A stretch of DNA of 58,657 bases, counting the filler, from Sphacelaria rigidula (taxonomy: Eukaryota): the NCBI GenBank assembly GCA_964200075.2. It is 6 parts of 6 records of this genome, joined end to end, with 100 filler letters (N's around TTAATTAATTAA, not from the genome) between each part and the next. Parts side by side here need not be neighbours in the genome. Positions count along the whole stretch, not along the records: positions 48,967 to 58,657 come from CAXNAA020007954.1; 5 more parts are not named here. One strand, given 5' to 3'. The translations under genes and the position numbers were made by a program. Under the pieces are notes generated by a model. That model searched no databases. It was not told the DNA's origin and saw only the letters and a program-made list of their open reading frames with translations. Positions 49,031 through 58,657 of this stretch are shown in pieces (the stretch's first letter is position 1; every line of letters begins with the position of its first letter).

Positions 49031-49400
49031 CCCCTCTGAGGGGAGGACATCACCCCTGTTCCCTCCAAAGGGTATCCACGAAGTCACTCTGGAGGGACGG
49101 AGCGAAAAAGGCGAACCTCCAGGCAGGTAGGTTGCACTGTCCTCTTGAGGGACGGGATCACTTCCAGTTCCCTCTAGAGATACAGAACAAACATCCCTCT
49201 AGAAGGGCGAGGGGTGAACAATACTCTGGAGGCGAAAGGGGAGCCAAGACTCTAGCGGGATGTCGACCCCTACACCCCGTAGGAGGCGGAGGGCATGAGC
49301 AAACCCTCCACTGGAGTTGCGGGCGCCCCACAGAGGCCAATGGCATGATATTAGATCCTCTGCACGGTTATATGACTCCCTGACACAACAGGAGGGACAT
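49031..49400. repeat. Array of spaced CCCTCTRGAGGG-like palindromes
   Basis: About 13 degenerate motifs at 24-30 bp intervals with unrelated spacers. Confidence 0.6.
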
Positions 49401-50239
49401 ATCAATGTAATTTGTTCTTGTGAGATTGAGGGTGGAGGATACGATTGATAGTGAGAAGCGGTCAATTACTGAATGATTCGTTTCAATTCCGAAATGTCCC
49501 TACATGAGGCCCGATACGCTTTATCATGTAGTAGATTGCCACTGAAGCCCTTGATACCACTGAGTAGGATATCGACGTGTAGCTGGAAGCACACCCCAGT
49601 GCTACCAGCAAAGAAAAGCCCACACCGACTTAAACATCGGTAAAGCTACAGCGAATGATAAAACCCACTTTCGATCAAGGATCTCTCAATCTCACGAGCA
49701 CATAATCACACTGTTGTCCAGCGGCTGAATACTTGTGCACGCGCCCATGGGCTCGAGAGCCCGCCTCCACAAGATGGAATGCGGCGCCACCCACCCACAA
49801 TTCGACGATTTGCTTTCGATGCAGAGAGACAACAAGTATTCAGAACCTGCGTACCCCCAAGAAAAAACAACGCAACACCTTCAACAAGACAACGGCTGCC
49901 GTGCAACGTTGGCAAACAAGGGATACACACAGAAGACCAGCGCCACTCATGAAATGACTCATTCGAACATACGCGTTGTCCCTATCCCGACAAAGGTCAG
50001 ACCGAAACCTGCTGACCATCGAAATGAGCTCAAGTCTCCAGACACTCATGTCGGTACGGGCGCATCAAAGTCCGTGCGGCATTGAAAATCCGGACAATGA
50101 CTTCCGTCATACTAAGAGTGAAAAGAAAAGCATACGCCAGTCTTGCTCCCCCCTCTCCCCGTCATTTTTTTCCCGTTCCCATCTCCACGCAACCTTCCGC
50201 CTCAGGTCGCTCCCTATAATAAACGACAAAAACAAAACT

Positions 50240-50640
50240 GGAAAAATGTCTTTTTGGAGCTTCGATGTCGGTTTACTCTCTAGAAGAGAGCTAGGCGGAG
50301 TTTGACACCTTGGAATGACTTGCTCAACTTGTTGAGTCGGTTTCAGGACATCTCCCCGTTTTCCCGTGGCCGCAGTTCTTATTTGGGTCGAAGGAAATTT
50401 CTTGTCCAACAACGGTCAAGTCTAGAAAAAAGTGCCGATTTTTTCGAGATTTGATTGTTTTTGACCGTTCTTGGACATGAATTCTTGTTTGGTCAAAATA
50501 AAACCGGCCGCCACCGGAAAACGGGAAGATGTCCTGGATCCGCCTCAACGAGTAGAGCAAGTCACTTCAAGGTGTCAATCTCCGCCTGGCTCTCTTTGAG
50601 CGTAAAACGACGTAAAAGCCTCAAAAGGGCACTTCTTCAT
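50240..50640. mobile_element. ~400-bp foldback MITE (family D)
   Basis: GAGAGCTAGGCGGAGTTTGACACCTTG... and inverse ...CAAGGTGTCAATCTCCGCCTGGCTCTC; related arms at 54240-54645. Confidence 0.7.
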
Positions 50641-53600
50641 ATATATTTATTCTCTGTAAATTTGTAAGCAGTGGCCTCATAAAATACATTTCCACGACGG
50701 AAGGGCCGTCACAAAAAAGGTATTCTGCGGCGAGGCCGCCGTTTACGTCTACCCAGCAAACTCGACTATACGCGTCTTTCGTCAACCGGACCCTTCTGCT
50801 GGCCGCCTCCCTCGACGGCGTACTCGCCGCTCTACAAGTTCACTTCGTCGCCATCGCCGCTCTCTTCGTCAGTCTTGTCGCCGCCCGACCCATCATCTGA
50901 GGGCACGTGCATGCATCGAAGGCACAGTGACGAGGGATATTGATGACATGTTCGAATGGTATGACGAGAGCTCCTCCCCTAACGTGCACCATATTGCGAC
51001 GGTGTGTTCAAACGCCTGATCGTTCACCGTTTGTTGTTATCGAGGGCGCTACAACTTCTCGGAAGGCGGCAATTCTTCTGTTTTTGAAAGCTGTTTATGG
51101 GAGCTACGCTCTAATGTGAAAATATAGAAAGTATAAAGCATCTACGAGCCCTTTTCGCTTCTGTTTGAAGTGACGACGCCAAGATATTGGCCCAGGACAC
51201 ACTGAAACCCGCAGACGAGATCTCATAATCAACGGCATCAGCGCCAAACGACAAGGATTATACCGTACGTTTATTTTTCGTGCAGTCGGGTAGGAGGTAT
51301 GTTTTCACATATTTATTACGGTCACTCTGTGCGCGAGGGAACAAAATATTTTCGCCACCACCACACCGGGGGGGGGAGGGGAGGGGGAGCTACTCGGTAT
51401 TCATGCAAAAAAATGACAACAAACAAGAAACCTTCGCTAAAAAGACCATTGCCCAAACGCTTACAGGAGCAAATATTAATGAGGAAAAGGTGTAGGGGAA
51501 AACAAGCTGACCCCGCGCACTTATGCTGAACATATAAAAGAGGCACCGAAAACATTCGCCTGCCACAGGTCGTAGTTCCTTAAATGGTAGGGGGGGTCGA
51601 CAATAGAGAAGCGGTCGACAGAGGAACCTTGACGGGAGAGGGAAATCGAGAGTAGCAAAGAGCACCGGAAAGTGATCCCAGGGCCGAGAAGAAAGACTAC
51701 TACACGAGGGCAGCTGCCGCTCTGCCCGCCCACCAAACTACTACACGTCACACAGCACCTCTGCGCTGTGAGGGGTTCTAGGCAAGCGCTTTTGAGGCAT
51801 TCCCTCTCTTTCCTCCTGTTGATCCGTGATCCATCCGCACGCTCTGCGTGAGCAAATATTGCGCTGAAACACGCGACCGCATGTACTACTGAAGATATAT
51901 ATATATATATGTACGCGGGAAAAACTGTTGCTGCTGTACTTGCGCACATAACGTCACGCCAGGGATTGAAAATGAAGATGAAGTATACCCGTGTTCCGTA
52001 CCAACTAAAGAAGACCGTCCCTACACGCCCCAACACGCACGCATTGTCGACTGCGGGATAACGGTAACCTCAGCTAAAGCGTTCGATGAAATACTCACCT
52101 ATCACGTGGGACAGAATGCTTGCACGGCGTGGACTTTCGTCACGACGTCAGCATCCATGGCAAGGAGGAACGCCACTAGGCAGCTCTCCACGTACACGGA
52201 GGCGCAGGACGATTCCCACATTCCGGTTGGACAATGCCCCCATCCGACTCTTGCTCGCTAGGGATTGATGAGTCTCCGTGTACACGACGCCGCTTCACAT
52301 CCTCAGTATCTTCGAAACAGTAAAAACAAGGTGCGGAAAGATGGAACCAGGGCGATTCTGATCGGGAGTTCATTTTTTCATACTTTGGAGACAAATTATA
52401 CAGAACCGGATATCTACGACGACACGTCTAAACGTTTCCGACAACCTAGAGGCGGCAAAAACCGCCCGAGGCCCACATTTAGCACAGTGACAATAAATCC
52501 TAATTCCTGGAAACATTGGACAGTTTTCACCCCGGTTGGGCTTCCGGAGCACTGTGTGCCCCGTAGATACTTGGCAGAGTTGGAACGTTGGTAGCTGCTG
52601 AGCTTTGCAATTTGGTATAAGAACATTGGGGGCAAAGAAGTGATAGCATGATCTTCCTTTTGACGCTTTATTTGATTATTCGAGACGGGATCGTGATGCC
52701 ATAGGACGGTACATTTACCGTGGTGAACATTTTCCCCTTCACATTGTACCATTTTTTGCAGAGACCGCAAGCGCGAACATAGCGGTAATTTTTTGGTGGT
52801 ATCGCAACATGGCGGGCGACTTATCAGCGGTACACAGATGTTTTTCAGTGTGACGTTAACCTGAGCGGTAAACTCAAACGTGGCGGTCATTTTGCGATGG
52901 TAAGCGGTTTTCAACTTTCGACCGTGCCATAAGTAGCAAGGGAAATTTCGCAGGTGTGTTGGGTTGGGTAAATACCCGGGTATTCCCTGTCTCGACGTTT
53001 GTGTTGCGATGGTCCGTTCTCCAAACTCTTTCCAACGCCTGCATTTGCCAATATTCGTATGGGGTAGGGTAAGGTACGATCGTTATACTCTGCCCAATAT
53101 CTGCGTTGCTGAGTACGATCTCATAAGTCTACCCGAGGTTTGGGTACTTGTAATAGGATTTTTTTTAAATACCCAAATGCAGGAAAAATCATCAAAACTA
53201 CAAAAGCACGACAGCACCACCTTCCAAGCTATGTGCAGGAACACACGCACAATATGCAGCCCAAGACAATCGGAGTATCATCATTAGCTATGGTGAAATG
53301 AAACAACCAAGTACTTTACAACGAACGACAACCCTTCAACAATCTCGTTACCCAACCGAAATATTCCACGCCATTCGCAGAACGTCAACCGTCGGATCAA
53401 CACTGCAGATTGACGCACAACCCAAACCGAAACACGAAAAGTGTAGGTGCGTATTGCAACCGGGAATGAACGTGTACGTTGGCACTCAAAGACAAGGGAA
53501 AACGCTTGCGGAAATGAAATATGACAGTAAACAAATGTCATCATTACTTCAAAGAAAGAAAAAAAGCAAGGGTGAAATAAAAGTACACTGCGCATTGGTC

Positions 53601-54239
53601 AGCAAATAACCTCTCTTAATACATTGCATATCCCCTGGCTAAAGAGTACAATGAGTATTGAATACTCGGGATCGAACCTGTGCGGGAGGGGGTGGGTGTC
53701 AACGGGGGTAAGTGGATGGTATGGAATTACACTCAGTGCAACATCAACACGCTTTGCTGCACAACACATCGCCCAAGCGAACCACAGGCAAACAATGGCC
53801 ACCCGAAAGCGGTTGTTGTGAGGTCATCATCGCTCCTCATGTCCTTTCACGTATCTTCTCCATACGCTGCTTTTCTTGTTCTTCGGCCTTTTTGGGGAGA
53901 GGAGAATTTTTGGTAATCTTTCGTCGGGAATTTTGGACCTGTTCTTTTCGTTTTTGGCTCCTTGTTTTTGCTTCAATTTATGTTCGACCTCAACTAGGCC
54001 AAATAAGAAGCCATTCTTCGACTACAACAAAACAAAAAGCTTTTTCGGCTGAAGCCTACGAAACACAGGCCTGAACGAAGTAGAGGGGAGCAACAACATC
54101 CATATCTTGAGACACAACGAGGGGTGAGGGGTAGGGGGTAGGGAATCTGACCTCGCAGAGGTGGGGTTCTGAAACAAAAGTGCTTCAAGGCAGGAGAACT
54201 GGCTTGCTGAGTCCGCTCATCACAGCATAAATGCAAAAT

Positions 54240-54645
54240 TGAAAGAATGCCTTTCTGGAGCCTTCACGTCGTTTTGCGCTCCAGGAGAGAGCTAGGCGGA
54301 ATTTTACACCTTGAAGTGCGTTGCTGTACTCGTTGAGACAGTATTGGGACACCTCTGCGTTTTTCCAGTGGCCGCAGCTTTTTTCTTGCCCAACCTTGCA
54401 TTTTTCCCGGCGACTGGCGATATTCCACAAGAGGCTCTTTCTCTGGTTTTTCTCGGCCGTTTCACCGCCTCAAGACATAGCTTGGTGGAGCTTGACACTG
54501 GTTGACTTCCTCTACATGTTGCAGCGGTTCGAGGATATTTTCGCGTTTTCCGGTGGTGGCAGTTTTGATTTTTGCCAATTAACCATTTTTGTCCAGAAGC
54601 GTTCAAGTCCAAAACAAAATGGCACTTTTTCCTAGATTTGGGCAC
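54240..54645. repeat. Family D arms in tandem (direct) arrangement
   Basis: GAGAGCTAGGCGGAATTTTACACCTTG at ~54286 and a second diverged arm from ~54475. Confidence 0.6.
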
Positions 54646-54811
54646 AACGCCTACACATGGGGGCTAGATTGTTGTAGTGAAATGTGAATTTCAACCAATC
54701 AAATGCCCTTCAGTGAGGAATCGGCGGAATCTAGCGCCAATCAAATGCGACCTTCGCAGTGAATTATTCAGTGAAAAATGCTTGTGATTGGCTCGCGGAC
54801 TCAAGTCACAC

Positions 54812-54891
54812 CTGCAGTGCACGCCCGGACGGAAGGAAGAGCAGCAGCGACACGAAGCTGCAAGCAGGCAAGCGGACAGCAAGCGGTACAT
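54812..54891 (-). CDS. Candidate first exon encoding a signal peptide (MYRLLSACLLAASCRCCSSFRPGVHC)
   Basis: ATG at 54891, hydrophobic stretch, SSF motif reminiscent of stramenopile ASAF cleavage sites, donor CAG|GTGTGA. Downstream exons could not be linked. Confidence 0.3.
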
Positions 54892-55481
54892 TGCCGCCAC
54901 AGTGGGTCATTACGATGCTTGTGTATCGGTATATCCCCATCTTGCTGTGGCTGGTCGTCCGGACTTTCTGTGACCGCGAGCGCTGGCGCCGATGCCAGCG
55001 ACAGCAGCCGCCATGCTGACGGGTGCAAGCAGTACCGTGGCGGGTGCAGTATATCTGCACTGTGCTGTGCGTTGCTCCTTTAATCGGAGCACGGGGTCTG
55101 GCCCAGCCGGTCGAGCGGTGGATACCGGCGCTGGTTGTTCGTCTTGACCTAGCTATGTCCGGTATCGCGCAAATGATGGATCCGAGTAACACGATGTTTT
55201 CAACAGTCAAGTGTGTGTACTGCACTGCGTCCAGACTGATCCGTTTTTTTAGAGAGGGACGAACGCAACCATACAGCACCTCATGCAATCTTGGCGGAAA
55301 CAAAACCGTCTCCGCAAGGTGTAAACACACCACAGAACAGTGCAAGGGTCGGGCGAATTGAGGATTCGTCTGAAAATTATTTGATTTTAGTGTGATTGAT
55401 TCGTACCGTACGAATCAATCCTCAGGCTTTGTTACCAGCGTTGCAACGCAGGTACGCGCAGCTCAGGCACGTGTAACACCG

Positions 55482-55935
55482 ACTTCTATGGCAACGAATC
55501 TCGATTTGTACAAATATGAGGATTTCAGCCCGTTTGCAGGCGATTTTCCCCCGTGGATTAATTTTTCGGATCTCAGTCCGTTGGGCAAGGTTTTTCGCCT
55601 AGCTGTGAGCAAACCAGATCAACTGTCCGATGTTTTGGGCGTTAACGTTCCATACACCACATTTCTGCTGAAATCGGGACACTCCAGCACCTCTCTCGAT
55701 TTTTATGAAGAAATCGGGGAAGATGTGGGGAGGGTGTCCCGATTTGGGCAGAAAGGTGGTGAACCAAACGTCAACGTCCAGATAATCGGAGAATTTATCT
55801 TGTTTGCTCACAGCTAGGCGAAAAACATTGCCCAACGGACTGGGGTCCGAAAAATCAATCCACGGAAGGAGAATCGCCTTCAGACGGGCTGAAATCCTCA
55901 GATTCGTACAAATCAATATTCGTTGCCATAAAAGT
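55482..55935. mobile_element. ~455-bp near-complete foldback MITE inserted in repeat family C
   Basis: ACTTCTATGGCAACGAAT...ATTCGTTGCCATAAAAGT; arms pair up to a short loop at ~55705. Family C resumes at 55943 (TGGCGCAAAAATTGCG, cf. 4153). Confidence 0.85.
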
Positions 55936-56328
55936 AGATCTAATGGCGCAAAAATTGCGTCGAGACGTTCTTGACCAGCGGTCAACCTTTGTTTCCTCTT
56001 TTTCGAGAACCGGGCCTGAAAAACCGTGGATTCGGTTATTCGAACCGGTGATGATTCGTCCGAACCGTGGAACAGAGATAGCTACAATCTCGTTCAGATT
56101 GAATACCCAAAATTTACTCCACGGCTAATGACGAACGCAATTCCCGGCCAATATGCACAAATGTGGTATCATACTGACCGCATGAACAGACGAAGAGAGT
56201 AACATAGCCGGATTTTTGTTTAAGGCTATAGCGGCTATGGACAAAAGTATGTTTCGACCAATCAGCGCCTTTCAAAATGTTCCGAATTTGAAAACACGAA
56301 TTCCAAGCCCAATTTCCACCGAATCTTT

Positions 56329-57784
56329 CACACCCTGGACAATACAATATGTACTATATATTGCCCGCTCAATATATCGAGGCGTCGAGTGGTCAATATA
56401 TATTAGGCGAGCAATATGATGACACGAGAGAGGATCAATATATATATATTGTGCCATCAATATATCAAGGCCTGCGACATGCAATATATATTGACCGAAC
56501 AATATATCACGACACGCGCCACCTCAATATATATTAGCCGAGTAATATGTTGGTGCGAGAAGGCACAAATATATATTTATCGAGTAATATATTTGCTGAC
56601 ACCCGAAGCGGCGATATATATTGCCGCCCCAATATGTCATGCGTCAATGCGTTCAATATATATTGGATGGACAATACACGAGGGAACCGACGGTCACAAT
56701 ATATGTTGATGTAGCAAAATATATTGATTTTCAACATATAGATTGGAAAGTATATTGGAATTAGTATTATGGCCAGTTCTTTGTTCGCGGGCGGCATTCA
56801 AAGACGTATTTTACATGCCGAAAATGCTCAATGTATTTCTCCGCAAGCGTGTTTAATATATATTGGCTACACAATAGCTATCCGATCAGCGTGCGCAATA
56901 TATATGAGAAAAACAATACTTCTGCATGGTTTGCGTTCAATATATATTATGGTAACAATATGCTACGCATCGCCTCGACTCAATATATATTGAAACTTCA
57001 ATACATACACGGCCGGCATGCACAATATATATTGAATGTTTTATTCTCGGAGCAACTGCATGTCCAATACATATTGACATACATTACTTCATGATCATGA
57101 CACGAGCAATATATGTTGTTGCTTCAATATCTCCGAGGACATCTCAACACAATATATATTGAAAGGACAATATTTGCACTGGCTTCAATACAAAGTATTG
57201 GAATCATATTGGAACATACTATATTGTCCAGGGTATAAGCAACACAGCCCTGGTGACCACAGGGGTACCAAGAGGCGCATATCGACCCGCGTTTCCTTTC
57301 GTCGTGATGTTTAACCAAGATGTTTACATTACATGCTGGAAAGGGGATGGGCGACCCCGCACCGGTGACCAGATATATATATATATATCAAACGTATTCG
57401 ACAACTTTCCGAAGTAATGCACGCGAACTTCTGCGGCTCCCTTTAAAGCTTTTCCCAATCTGCACGGGCTCCGGCATCCATCGTGTCTGGATCTCTCCTA
57501 GAGCGTGCACGATACTTATAATACCTAGTATATATTGACCGGCCATTACATCGTCACCCACGCAAACCCAATATATATTGACCGGTCAATATGTTCTCAT
57601 CAATGCGACCCTAATATATATTGGTCGTGCAATATGTTGGCGCCCACGCTGCCCCAATGTATATTGATGGGACAAGATGTGTTTAACCCAATAGTACCAT
57701 TATATATTGGGCGGGCAATATGTATGCAGTCCCACGTCATCAATATATTTCGGGTGCGTAATATACATGTGCAGTCTGAGGGTA

Positions 57785-57815
<31 letters not shown>

Positions 57816-57893
57816 TACACCAGTAATATATCGCAAAATTCCAATATGATCGACTAATATATATTGGGAACATATTGTATTGTCCAGGGTGTG
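56329..57893. mobile_element. Non-coding TIR element carrying phased CAATATATATTG palindrome-spacer arrays
   Basis: Perfect 24-bp TIR CACACCCTGGACAATACAATATGT (56329-56352 / 57870-57893); a further degenerate right end at 57211-57237; about 24 units of 42-43 bp. Confidence 0.8.
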
Positions 57894-58657
57894 GAAACTT
57901 TACATGGTTCAAATCGTAGCAACCGTCATCAGCTTGGGAATCCAACGGGAGAAACAGATCTGAAAACGGTTCCAACGGGGTCGAATTTTGCCCAAAAACG
58001 TAATGTTTCGGTGATATGGAGCTTTGGCATCGTCTAATTCCCACTAATGATACGTACCAAAGACCCACGGAGCCTCGAGATGAATGTCCTTTTATCTGTT
58101 GGAGAAAAGCTGAGATCATCCTCAAATTTGGCGGTTCCGTAGGTATTGATGCTCCAAATGGAAATTTTGTATTCTTGGCAAGAATTCAAAGTTTCTCCGT
58201 TCTGAACCGGCCTCTGGGGGTCCCAGAATTAAGACCCCAGGAAACCGGTACAGAACGCCCCAACATCAAAATGTTGATATCTGAGGGATAGATGTTATCC
58301 CAAAGAACATGTGTATCAATTTTCGTTGCTCAACTCGAAAAACTGAATCGGTTGGGGGTCTTTGATCGTAAAAACAACCCCCCAAAAGGGCGATTCTGTG
58401 CTTTAATCAAGTAGTTACAAACTTTTTAATACTTCAGCGCACGTTTTGGCATTTCCTCACGCCGTTTTTTCGAGTTAGACCACGAAAATTTGCACACATG
58501 TTCTGGAGGGCACTATCTAAAACTCGAAGGTCGGGGTTTTCAATTTTTTTATTTGTGACTTTTTATCCAAGGTCGCGGTTGACCTACTTGACCGGGGGAG
58601 GGGTCAGATCCGGACTATCTCGACACCAAAAAAAGAAAAAAAACGGTCTTCGAGTTT

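Noticed and set aside
55392-55985. Two similar ORFs on opposite strands (PWINFSDLSPLG / PWIDFSDPSPLG)
   Set aside because: Artefact of the foldback MITE arms.
56329-57893. Calling the array a true CRISPR locus
   Set aside because: Eukaryotic context, no cas genes or leader, repeats degenerate and split by a variable N6, spacers only 16-17 nt, and the array is bounded by transposon-like TIRs.

Overview
Eukaryotic, intron-rich and repeat-rich DNA of roughly 50% GC. Gene structure, repeat style and a (CCCTAA)n tract suggest a brown alga (Phaeophyceae); this is an inference. The window is not one locus: it is six contigs of 9695, 9694, 9693, 9692, 9692 and 9691 bp, sorted by size and joined by identical 100-nt N44-TTAATTAATTAA-N44 linkers, so nothing should be read across a linker. 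Contig 1 holds part of a FAM133-like gene whose introns contain nested MITEs of three superfamilies, plus a 21-bp minisatellite. Contig 2 holds a degenerate Ty1/copia retrotransposon (minus strand) and a divergent gag-like ORF. Contig 3 holds a spliced Wss1/WLM metalloprotease gene with UBL-WLM-UBA-PUB architecture. Contig 4 holds a GT61-like glycosyltransferase gene. Contig 5 holds a fragment of a large coiled-coil gene with all-phase-0, internally duplicated exons and a pogo-like relic in an intron. Contig 6 holds foldback MITEs and, most notably, a TIR-bounded element with about 24 regularly spaced (42-43 bp) CAATATATATTG palindromes separated by non-repeating spacers. That array looks CRISPR-like, but no cas genes are present. 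tRNA-derived SINEs with different heads on a shared body occur on three contigs.
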